A stretch of DNA of 64,000 nucleotides, from the NCBI GenBank assembly GCA_963675785.1, contig OY776562.1, positions 3,072,001 through 3,136,000 of the forward strand, read 5' to 3'. Positions within the stretch are counted from its first letter, which is position 1; each line of letters starts with the position of its first letter. The notes under the pieces were generated by a model. That model was not told where the DNA came from, searched no databases, and saw only the letters and a program-made list of their open reading frames with translations. This DNA comes from Anaerolineae bacterium. Its GTDB lineage: Bacteria > Chloroflexota > Anaerolineae > UBA1429. Shown here piece after piece: positions 52,173 to 60,447 of the stretch. Made by a program: the position numbers and the translations under genes.

Positions 52173-52276
52173 CTCTCCGAGTTATGTGGCCTGAGGCCAA
52201 TCCTTTGGGCGGGTATGGCGCATAACCGATGGGTGCGGGTGGAAACGCCCGCGCCTCCCGTGTTTGGAAAGGGGAG
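52173..52276 (+). ncRNA. Moco-family riboswitch lacking P3 (Tuco-type)
   Basis: CTCTCCGAG-TTATGTG..CCTGAGG..TATGG-CGCATAA-CCGAT-GGGTGCGGGT GGAAAC GCCCGCGCC-TCCCGTGTTTGGAAAGGGGAG fits the Moco RNA consensus (CCU.AGG/UAUGG, GAAA loop, CCUCCCG.UUUGGAAAGG). Confidence 0.9.
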
Positions 52277-52294
52277 ACGTTTTCCTGCTCGTTC

Positions 52295-52333
52295 AGCGAG
52301 TAGGCGTCTTCTTGCGCCTGCTCGCTTTTTGTT
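52295..52333 (+). terminator. Riboswitch expression-platform terminator
   Basis: AGCGAGTAGGCG-TCTTCTTG-CGCCTGCTCGCT-TTTTGTT just before the RBS. Confidence 0.8.
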
Positions 52334-52351
52334 GTGTAGAGGACAGTAAAA

Positions 52352-53710
52352 TTGACGGAAGAAAAACGTTACTATTTTACCACGCGGGACTTGCTTATTA
52401 TGGCCGCCATGGCTGGCCTGGGTGGTGTGGCTAGTACGGCAATCAATGCGCTTGGTGATGTGATGCAGGCAGCCTTGGGTTTTGCTGGCACTACGCAGTG
52501 GGCCGCCGGTCTTCACACAATCTTTTTGCTTCTTGTTGTGGGGCTGGTTCGTAAAGGCGGTGCAGCTACATTGGCCGGATTGCTCAAGGGGGCCGTTGAG
52601 CTGCTCAGTGGCAACACCCACGGCATTATTATTCTATTGGTTGATTTAGCAGCTGGATTGATCATCGATTTGGTTTTTGCCCTGGTACAGCAGCGCCAAA
52701 GCCTATTGGTTTATATACTGGCTGGTGCATTTTCGGCGGCCAGTAACGTCATTGTTTTTCAATTGTTTGCTCTGGCGCCGGAAGATGTCCTTGCAGCTGT
52801 CTGGCTGGTGGCCCTGGTTGCAGCGGTTTCGGGCGCACTGCTAGGCGGTTGGGTTGCATGGTTGCTGCTGGGTGTGCTTCACAAGAATGGTCTGGTTCGA
52901 GAGGAGCCGGTGCGTACCATGCGCGGCTGGCGCTATGCTGTGTTTCTAGGCGTTTTTGCGCTGATTCTCATTGGCGGGAGCTGGACCATGGTGGAATCCT
53001 TGGCTGGGCCGCCGGTGATCGATATTCGTGTGGATGGCGAGGTGGTCTACCAATTTTCGCCCGATGACGACAACCTACCTCTCATTGTCGAAGATGTCGA
53101 ACTGAACGGCATCAAACGTAGTGTAAGCGGCTATAAATTGGCCGAGGTCATTGCTTTGGCTGTCAGTGGTACGGAATATGGCTCGGCGCTAATCTCTGCC
53201 ACGGATGGCTATTCCTTTTTCATTACTGATCGCGAGATTGAGGAAAACACAGAGCTGCTGTTGGCAGTGAGCGGCGAGGGTGAGGACACCAGTTACGAGA
53301 TCGTCGGTGCCGAGAACTCGAAAGCCTGGGTGCGTAACGTAGCTACCATTGATCTGGCCGAACAAACGCTCATCGAGGTGTCGGGCTTGATTGGTCTGCC
53401 CTCACCCTACAATCCCGCTGACTGGCAATACGAGATGGACAGTGCCTATCTGGATGTGGGGTATGGCGAGCAAAAATACCAGGGAACTATTGCCGCCGAT
53501 GTGCTGACAGCCTGGGAACCTTCAACAGGCGCAGAATCGGCCGTATTTTACAGTGCGGATGAACAGGTTGAACTAAGCCTGGAAGAGATTGCCACGGATC
53601 GCAGCTTGCGCATTTGGTCGGTCAATGCTGCTGGTGGAACCAGTTTTGCTCTGGCCACTGAAGGTGGCGAGATATTGTTGACCGACGTCGAACGTATCGA
53701 GGTCAAATGA
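52352..53710 (+). CDS. ECF transporter S component (YkoE-like) fused to two extracytoplasmic molybdopterin-oxidoreductase-like domains
   Basis: N-terminal ~185 aa hydrophobic (FTTRDLLIMA...VRKGGAATL), extra TM, then repeats G.kL..v...SATDGYS...WVRNV..I and YQG....vL...LTDVERIEV. Confidence 0.8.
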   Translation: MTEEKRYYFTTRDLLIMAAMAGLGGVASTAINALGDVMQAALGFAGTTQWAAGLHTIFLLLVVGLVRKGGAATLAGLLKGAVELLSGNTHGIIILLVDLAAGLIIDLVFALVQQRQSLLVYILAGAFSAASNVIVFQLFALAPEDVLAAVWLVALVAAVSGALLGGWVAWLLLGVLHKNGLVREEPVRTMRGWRYAVFLGVFALILIGGSWTMVESLAGPPVIDIRVDGEVVYQFSPDDDNLPLIVEDVELNGIKRSVSGYKLAEVIALAVSGTEYGSALISATDGYSFFITDREIEENTELLLAVSGEGEDTSYEIVGAENSKAWVRNVATIDLAEQTLIEVSGLIGLPSPYNPADWQYEMDSAYLDVGYGEQKYQGTIAADVLTAWEPSTGAESAVFYSADEQVELSLEEIATDRSLRIWSVNAAGGTSFALATEGGEILLTDVERIEVK

Positions 53711-53713
53711 ACT

Positions 53714-55162
53714 GTGTCTGAGCCGATGGTGCGCATCGACCAGCTCTCTTTTCGCTATGCAGCTGGTGAAACGCTGGCCCTCGATCATGTTTCGCTGGCG
53801 GTCGACAAGGGCGAGTTTGTGGTGTTGACCGGACCAAGCGGCTGCGGCAAGTCGACGTTGGCACTAGCCATGGGCGGTTACCTGGCGCATCAATTCAAAG
53901 GAGAGTTCGAGGGCACTGTTGAGGTGGCCGACGTCGATACGCTCCGAGAGCCGCTTTATCAGGTGGCGGACGTGGTCGGTTTGGTGCAGCAGAACCCGGA
54001 GGATCAGTTTTGCACCTTGCGGGTGGACGATGAGGTGGCCTTTGGTCCAGAGAATCGTTGTGTAGAGCCACTGATGATTCGCCAACTTGAGCAGAATTCG
54101 TTGATGAGGGCTCAAGCTCAGCATCTTGAGGGTCGTCTGCTGGATTCGCTCTCTGGCGGTGAAAAGCAACGGGTGGCTCTGGCGTCTATGCTGGCTGGCA
54201 CGCCGCAATTGTTGATTTTGGACGAGCCCACATCCAGCCTCGACCCTCAGGCTACACAGGATGTGTTGGCAGTATTGGATAATCTTCGTCGCGAGCGTGG
54301 CCTGACTCTGATCGTCATCGAACACAAATTGGATGCCCTGATGCGCTTTAATCCGCGTATTGTGCGTATGGCCCAGGGGCACATCGAACAAGATCATTCT
54401 GTTTTTCAGCCAACTGTACCCGTAGTTCATGCACCCTCAATGGCAGGTAAGGTTGCTGTGGCACTAGAGGGCGTCTCCGTCACTCTAGAAGATCATCACG
54501 CACTCGATAACGTAACTGTAGATTTTCACTCTGGCCAGTTGACTGCTCTGATGGGAGCCAATGGTGCTGGCAAGACCACACTCTTGCGGGTCATCCGCGG
54601 TTTACAGCCTGTGCGGAGAGGTTGTGTTTGTGTGTTAGGTCAGGATGTTGCCAAGGATACTGTGTCAGCTCTAGCCGGGCGCGTGGGGTTTATGTTTCAG
54701 AATCCCGATCACCAGTTGCTAAGCGATACGGTGCAAGGTGACATGGCTTTTGGTCTATCTGCCCAGCAGGTCACCCAAGATGCACTTTATCATCAGCAAT
54801 TGCTTGAATTGGCTGGTCTTTGGGAGCTGCGCAATAGACACCCCTTTTCTCTGAGCTATGGGCAAAAGAGGCGTCTGAATCTGTCTTCACTGTTGGCGCA
54901 AAAACCGCAGATCATTCTGGTTGACGAACCGCTCATTGGGCAGGACCCTAACAACGCCCAGTATGTCATGGGGGTGCTCAGGGCCGCTGCGGATGAAGGC
55001 GTTTGTGTGATCGCGGCACTTCATGCCCCGGGGATGGTTCAGCGCTTTGCAGACAGGGTTGTGTTTTTGGCTCAGGGGCGTATCGATATCGATGCGGCAC
55101 CGGATGCTGCCTTTGCCGCATTGTCTTCCTCCGGGCGCAAAGCTTTTGCAGGTATGTTATGA
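53714..55162 (+). CDS. ECF transporter tandem ATPase (A-A' fusion)
   Basis: GPSGCGKST / LSGGEKQR / DEPT and GANGAGKTT / LSYGQKRR / DEP; QNP Q-loops. Confidence 0.92.
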   Translation: MSEPMVRIDQLSFRYAAGETLALDHVSLAVDKGEFVVLTGPSGCGKSTLALAMGGYLAHQFKGEFEGTVEVADVDTLREPLYQVADVVGLVQQNPEDQFCTLRVDDEVAFGPENRCVEPLMIRQLEQNSLMRAQAQHLEGRLLDSLSGGEKQRVALASMLAGTPQLLILDEPTSSLDPQATQDVLAVLDNLRRERGLTLIVIEHKLDALMRFNPRIVRMAQGHIEQDHSVFQPTVPVVHAPSMAGKVAVALEGVSVTLEDHHALDNVTVDFHSGQLTALMGANGAGKTTLLRVIRGLQPVRRGCVCVLGQDVAKDTVSALAGRVGFMFQNPDHQLLSDTVQGDMAFGLSAQQVTQDALYHQQLLELAGLWELRNRHPFSLSYGQKRRLNLSSLLAQKPQIILVDEPLIGQDPNNAQYVMGVLRAAADEGVCVIAALHAPGMVQRFADRVVFLAQGRIDIDAAPDAAFAALSSSGRKAFAGML

Positions 55163-55911
55163 CAGCCAGCATGAGCCGTCTCGGAGTGGTTGGGCGCATT
55201 CATCCCTTACCCAAATTTGCCTGGCTCCTGGCTGTTTCGGTGGCCGTGTTTGTGGTGGGCCAACCGGTGGTTATTTGGGCCATCGTCCTAGGGCTCGTAC
55301 TGGTGGGTTATCCTTATCTGGTCGGTAGGTCGCGTGCGTTCCGCCTGACTATATTCTCTACGTTGGGACTTTTTCTGCTGCAGGCGCTATTTTACCACCA
55401 GGGACGGGTGCTGTTCGATCTGTGGCCGGGAGAGGCGCAATGGTCGGTGACAGTAGACGGTCTGCTACGCGGACTGCGTGTATCGGGTCGCTTTCTCGCC
55501 ATTATACTGGCCAGCCAGGTGTTTGTAGGGTCGACAGACTCTAGCGAACTGGCCTACAGCCTGATGCAGGCTGGCGTTCCCTATCGATTTGGCTTTGCGC
55601 TTGTCTCAGCCCTGCGTATGACGCCTATGTTTCGCAGTGAGGGTCGTACAGTGTACGAAGCTCAACTTTGCCGAGGCGTGGCGCTGGATCGCGGTGGCTT
55701 GCGTGGCCTTTTGGTTAGGCTGCAGCGCTTTTTGTTGCCGCTGGTGGTATCTGCTCTCAGAAGGGTCGATAGCCTGTCCATCTCGATGGAAGGCCGACAC
55801 TTTGGGCGTTATCGAACCCGAACCTTTGCACAACCTTTGCATCACCACCGCAGAGACTACGCGGTCTGGGGGTTATTGATTTTTTTCATCGCCATCATCG
55901 TCGTCCTGTAG
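55159..55911 (+). CDS. ecfT: ECF transporter transmembrane component T
   Basis: HPLPK, ALRM.P, EAQLCRG, SMEGRHF coupling-helix motifs; ATGA overlap. Confidence 0.9.
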   Translation: MTASMSRLGVVGRIHPLPKFAWLLAVSVAVFVVGQPVVIWAIVLGLVLVGYPYLVGRSRAFRLTIFSTLGLFLLQALFYHQGRVLFDLWPGEAQWSVTVDGLLRGLRVSGRFLAIILASQVFVGSTDSSELAYSLMQAGVPYRFGFALVSALRMTPMFRSEGRTVYEAQLCRGVALDRGGLRGLLVRLQRFLLPLVVSALRRVDSLSISMEGRHFGRYRTRTFAQPLHHHRRDYAVWGLLIFFIAIIVVL

Positions 55912-55921
55912 GTGGGCCAAT

Positions 55922-57844
55922 ATGTGGAACGAGTTTCTGTACAGTATCGCGACCTATCCCTACCTCTATGCACTGTTCACTGGCGTTATGCTCCTGTGGA
56001 TCACTGTAGGGCTACACGCCCTACGTCGTGTGCGGCAGGCGCCTGACGAGCGACCACGCCTCACCTTCAAAAAATTTGGCGCTGCATTCCAAGAAGCGTT
56101 GGTTCAACGGCGCATCTGGCGGAGGCCTCTGGCCGGTGCGATGCACCTCTGCCTGTTTGCCGCAGGGGTGCTCATTCTGGTGGCCTATATTATGACTCAC
56201 CATGTTGCCCCTCGTGGCGAGGCTTGGCAGGCCAGCCGCACTGCACATTTCATTGCTGATTTGGGCGTAATGCTAGGTTTTGTTGGACATATGCTGGCGG
56301 GCTGGCGACGTTTTATTCGCAAAGAGACCTCTCGCGCCTTTAGCGATGTGCTGTTGTGGGGCTTGGGCTTTGTGTTCATCATCGCCTATGGCCTGGCTAA
56401 TGCGTTACAGGTGGCCATCACCGATCCAAATTGGCAGCGTGCGGCCTTTTTGAGCCGCCCGATAGCTGGGCTTTTCTCAGGCATGGCGACTCTTACACTG
56501 CGCTCACTTTACGGGTTAGTTTGGGCTCTTGTCCACGGCTCTTTGTTCGTAGGCGTTTTGCTGGTACCCCTGACCAAGTGGCGCCACGTTTTGGCAATCG
56601 TAGTCAACCTTGCGCATGCGGACGATCTTCCGCCAGCAGTAGCTGTCTCCGAGGATCTGAATGGTGATGGGCCCTTTGGTCTGGGGCGAACGGATCAGCT
56701 CAGCAAGAAGCAACTCTACGAAACCTGGGCTTGCGTTCGTTGTGGGCGTTGTAGCACGGTCTGTCCGGCAACGATGACTGGCAAGATGCTTGATCCGCTC
56801 AAACTGATAGAGGCCGAGCTGGAAGCCCCAAGGATGGCCAGCTTACCCGACTTTATCGATCAGGAGGCACTTTGGCAGTGCAGCATGTGCCTGGCCTGCG
56901 CGGATGTATGCCCTGCGGATATTGCCCCCTGGCGCCATTTACTGGATATGCGTCGCGAGCGCGTGCTGGAGGCGGCCGAGTTTCCCCAAGAGCTTCAAGG
57001 CGTTTTTCGCGGCATAGAGCGGCGCGGCAACCCGTGGGGCACGGCTACCAACAAGAGCGAAATCGCTCGTGAAGCAGGTGTGCGCCTATTATCCAAAGGC
57101 GATTCTTGCGATGTGTTGCTGTGGATGGGCTGTATGGTGGCGGTGGACCCACTGGCACAGCAGGCCTGGCGGGCTATGGCGCAGTTGTTGGCAGCGGCCG
57201 ACGTCGATGTGGCTTGCCTGGGCGATGCCGAGCCCTGCTGCGGCGATGCAGCACGCCGTCTAGGCAATGAGTACATCTGGCAGCAACAGGTGGAGACCGT
57301 GAGTGATGCCATGCATGATATTCATGTGGGACGGGTTGTCTCAGTTTGCCCACATTGCGCTAACACTTTGGGCAACGAGTATCCGCAGGGACTTTGGCAG
57401 GGCGTGTCTCACGCTCTTGAAGAATTGAGCTGTCTGGCCCAGGAGGGGCGTATCGTCCCCGAGGCACATCAGGTCAAGCCCTGTCGTGTGGTTTACCATG
57501 ATCCTTGCTATTTGGCGCGCGGCCTTGACGTCATTGATTCTGTGCGCCGACTGCTTGTTGCCACGCCAGGTTGCGAACTAGTCGAGCCTGCGCACAAGGG
57601 CAAGGATGTGTGGTGTTGCGGTGCGGGCGGCGGCCAGATGTGGCTTCAAGAGGATGACGGTGCGGCTTTGGGCCAGTCACTCTTTGATGAACTGGCCAAT
57701 ACCAAGGCCGAACTAATACTCTCTGCATGTCCTTATTGTGATACGACACTGCAATCTGAGTTTGGCAATACGAACGATGTAAGTGATGTGGTGATTTTTA
57801 TCGCCAATCGATGGCGTGCTAGTGACAGGAGTGATCAAGGGTGA
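55922..57844 (+). CDS. Membrane Fe-S oxidoreductase (NarI-like TM + 2[4Fe-4S] + two CCG domains; HdrD/HdrF/FadF-like)
   Basis: TM His residues (AMHL, LVHG, KWRH), CVRCGRCSTVCP, CSMCLACADVCP, CCGD, CPHC, YHDPCYL, CCGAGGG, ACPYC. Confidence 0.88.
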   Translation: MWNEFLYSIATYPYLYALFTGVMLLWITVGLHALRRVRQAPDERPRLTFKKFGAAFQEALVQRRIWRRPLAGAMHLCLFAAGVLILVAYIMTHHVAPRGEAWQASRTAHFIADLGVMLGFVGHMLAGWRRFIRKETSRAFSDVLLWGLGFVFIIAYGLANALQVAITDPNWQRAAFLSRPIAGLFSGMATLTLRSLYGLVWALVHGSLFVGVLLVPLTKWRHVLAIVVNLAHADDLPPAVAVSEDLNGDGPFGLGRTDQLSKKQLYETWACVRCGRCSTVCPATMTGKMLDPLKLIEAELEAPRMASLPDFIDQEALWQCSMCLACADVCPADIAPWRHLLDMRRERVLEAAEFPQELQGVFRGIERRGNPWGTATNKSEIAREAGVRLLSKGDSCDVLLWMGCMVAVDPLAQQAWRAMAQLLAAADVDVACLGDAEPCCGDAARRLGNEYIWQQQVETVSDAMHDIHVGRVVSVCPHCANTLGNEYPQGLWQGVSHALEELSCLAQEGRIVPEAHQVKPCRVVYHDPCYLARGLDVIDSVRRLLVATPGCELVEPAHKGKDVWCCGAGGGQMWLQEDDGAALGQSLFDELANTKAELILSACPYCDTTLQSEFGNTNDVSDVVIFIANRWRASDRSDQG

Positions 57845-58689
57845 GCAAGCGATGGACGTGGCTCCTCGTCGGGGCCATTGGTGTTGTAATCGGTATCGGT
57901 TTGGCCAGCTGGAAGACCTTTCCCATCGAGGATATGATTGCACGAACTACTTGCGCTGAATGTCATGATGTGCACGGGGCTCTCGAAATTGCCCAAGTTC
58001 CAGCTCAGAGCCAGGTCTGGATCTTGGGCGATGTGCCGGAATCCACTTATTTCTTTGTAAATGATCTTTTTCCTCTTGCAGACGAGACGGAGGGTACGAG
58101 TATTTCACTCATCGACTTGTTGGCCGATTATGGGGTGACGGATTGGGAAAAGGTCTCAATTGAATCCCTCGATGGCGGACTGGTAACGCTGGAGCGCCAG
58201 TATGTCACGGAGAATTCCCTTCTTGTGCCCTATGTCGATGGCATTCGCTTCAAGGATGTCAATCTGCACGAATCCACCTGGCTCAAGGGTGTACGCTTTA
58301 TCACTGTACAGGGCAGCGAGACGCCCCTGCTTCTCGGAGATACGCAGACTTCGTTAGGGCGTTTGCTGATGGGTGATCGCACAGCCGTTATAGCCGAAGC
58401 CAGTGATGCGCTATATTCCAGTCCTGTGGACGGACAGATTTACCAGGGTAACTATGCGCACATTTACACTGGCGCGTCGCTTGTTTCACTGTTGACGGCT
58501 TACCCAGAGGCAACTACTTTTGCCTGCACCAGCCAGGATAGCGAGACGGTATCATACACACGTGAGGAACTACAAGAGGCTGTCATTGCGCCGGTATCTG
58601 GTTTGCCTTCGCTGGTGCTGCCGCAGTATGGTCAGGGGAGCTGGGTCATTGGGATTGAGAGCATTGTGCCAGAGGATGGGGAGAGTTGA
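57841..58689 (+). CDS. Membrane-anchored protein with single CxxCH and two molybdopterin-oxidoreductase-like domains
   Basis: N-terminal TM, CAECH, SLIDLL..ESLDG...WLKGVRFI and YTGASL...SQD...WVIGIESI. Confidence 0.65.
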   Translation: MSKRWTWLLVGAIGVVIGIGLASWKTFPIEDMIARTTCAECHDVHGALEIAQVPAQSQVWILGDVPESTYFFVNDLFPLADETEGTSISLIDLLADYGVTDWEKVSIESLDGGLVTLERQYVTENSLLVPYVDGIRFKDVNLHESTWLKGVRFITVQGSETPLLLGDTQTSLGRLLMGDRTAVIAEASDALYSSPVDGQIYQGNYAHIYTGASLVSLLTAYPEATTFACTSQDSETVSYTREELQEAVIAPVSGLPSLVLPQYGQGSWVIGIESIVPEDGES

Positions 58690-58690
58690 T

Positions 58691-59824
58691 ATGTTGCGAG
58701 TGAAGAGATTGGGGGCATTGCCAAGTGCGCTACTGGCGATAGCCCTAGTTGCGGGTTGTTCGCCCAGGTGGGAGATTGGACTGACCATTGATGGGGATGT
58801 ACGTTCACCGCTTACTGGCCAGCAATGGAGCACGGCACTAGAAAGTTATCCGGATGAATGCGTTGAAGATAGTGTTCCCCTGGAACGGCTTTTATCCATG
58901 GCTTCTGTTCCGGCGGTAGAGTCAGTAAGCGTAGACGACCAATCATGGTATTGGGCCGATGTGTATGACGATGCCTGGGTAGAAAAGGGCGGTACGCTGG
59001 TCATCGCTGGTGAAAGCATAGAGACAAAAGATATTAGCATCGTTTTGCCGACACTTGATGCTTCGGTAACAGTTGAGCTGATAGATATTGCTCCCACAAT
59101 TGCTGGCGCGTTGGGAGTTCGTTCGCCGGAGGATACTGAGGGCCGTGCTGTAGCAGCTTTTGACGCCGAACATGTCGTCCATATTTTTTTGGATGGCTTT
59201 GGCTATGAGAACTATCAATCGGTTGTAGGTACGCGCACTACATCCTTTCTAGACAGCCTGGGCGCTCCGCGTATTGCCCGAACAGTTTACCCTAGTGCGA
59301 CCAAGGCCTCGACGGCCGCGATGATTACCGGCGCTTCGCCCACGGTGAATGGTGTTTCTTCTGGTGAACTGCGCACCACCGAAAGCGAGACGATCTTTCA
59401 GGTTCTGACTGAGGCAGGGCTTTCTAGTGTGGCCGTGGAAGGTTCATCTTTGGCTTTCAATCTGGTCTCGACAGAGATCATTGTCTCGGGTGACCGCGAC
59501 GATGACGGCTATTCGGACGACAATACTTATGAGAATGCCCTCGAAGTGATGAACGAGGGATTGCCCGATTTCCTCTGGGTGCATTTTCATGGAATCGACG
59601 ATGCTGGGCACACGTACGGTCCGTTAGCTGACGAGACGCTGGCTATGATGACACGCGTGGATGGCTATGTTTCTGATATCGTACAGCGATTACCCGAGGG
59701 AACTCTGGTGATCATTTGCGCCGATCATGGAATGCACGATGTGGTAGAAGATGGCCGTCTGGGGAACCACGGTTCCCTCTTGTCTCAGGATATGTATATT
59801 CCCTTCTGGACGATTCAACTCTGA
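58691..59824 (+). CDS. Alkaline-phosphatase-superfamily (NPP-like) lipoprotein
   Basis: Lipobox VAGC, FLDGFG, YPSATKAS (Thr nucleophile), DDAGH, ADHG, GNHG. Confidence 0.82.
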   Translation: MLRVKRLGALPSALLAIALVAGCSPRWEIGLTIDGDVRSPLTGQQWSTALESYPDECVEDSVPLERLLSMASVPAVESVSVDDQSWYWADVYDDAWVEKGGTLVIAGESIETKDISIVLPTLDASVTVELIDIAPTIAGALGVRSPEDTEGRAVAAFDAEHVVHIFLDGFGYENYQSVVGTRTTSFLDSLGAPRIARTVYPSATKASTAAMITGASPTVNGVSSGELRTTESETIFQVLTEAGLSSVAVEGSSLAFNLVSTEIIVSGDRDDDGYSDDNTYENALEVMNEGLPDFLWVHFHGIDDAGHTYGPLADETLAMMTRVDGYVSDIVQRLPEGTLVIICADHGMHDVVEDGRLGNHGSLLSQDMYIPFWTIQL

Positions 59825-59832
59825 GTATAATG

Positions 59833-59876
59833 AAAGGGCGGGGAAGAGATTGGCCTCTTCCCCGCCCTTTTTTTTA
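59833..59876. terminator. Bidirectional terminator between the two riboswitch-led units
   Basis: AAAGGGCGGGGAAGAG-ATTGGC-CTCTTCCCCGCCCTTT-TTTTT. Confidence 0.88.
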
Positions 59877-60353
59877 TTCGACGACTTCGATACTCGTGAG
59901 TTTGTATAGCCAGCCATCGGCTGGTAGGTTGGGTATTACAACGCGAATAGGGGCGGTCTTGGTGTCGTCAGTGGTATAGACGCCATCCCTCTTCAAAGCG
60001 ATGATAGCCTGATCAAGATCCGAGATATTGACCTCCTTGGCATAGCCATCAGAGGCGGTGAGCAAGAGGCTGACGGCATTTTCACTCATGCCGGCTTCTT
60101 CCAAAATAGCCATCAGGTCGGGGCCTTCCCATGTGTTGGTCTCATTTTCGCCTTGCGACTTGCGCATGAGGACATTTTCGAGCACTACCTGATCCCGCTC
60201 AGTGAGATCCTGGTATGAGAGCGTAAGAGGCGTTTCTACGGCTCCAGTGATTTCTAGGTTCCAATCAACTTTGGGGGCACCATTACCGCAGCCTGTGGCA
60301 ACCAGCATGACGATGACAATAGCAACTACCATGGTAAGCGAGCGTTTTCTCAT
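59874..60353 (-). CDS. Lipoprotein with a single molybdopterin-oxidoreductase-like domain
   Basis: Lipobox ATGC, WNLEITGAV, WEGPDL, TASDGY, PIRVVIP, WLYKLTSIEV; ATG 60353 behind AAAGGA. Confidence 0.82.
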   Translation of the reverse strand: MRKRSLTMVVAIVIVMLVATGCGNGAPKVDWNLEITGAVETPLTLSYQDLTERDQVVLENVLMRKSQGENETNTWEGPDLMAILEEAGMSENAVSLLLTASDGYAKEVNISDLDQAIIALKRDGVYTTDDTKTAPIRVVIPNLPADGWLYKLTSIEVVE

Positions 60354-60447
60354 TTTGATCCTTTCGATATAGGAAGAATGCTCGCTCATGTCCGCCGTCG
60401 TGTTTGTACACAACAACACACAGCACGATTTTCGTGCTGCGATTGCG

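Noticed and set aside
52352-55911. Routine thiamine or cobalt ECF transporter (YkoEDC/Cbi) annotation
   Set aside because: No TPP or cobalamin riboswitch upstream; the leader is a Moco-family RNA and the S component carries extra domains.
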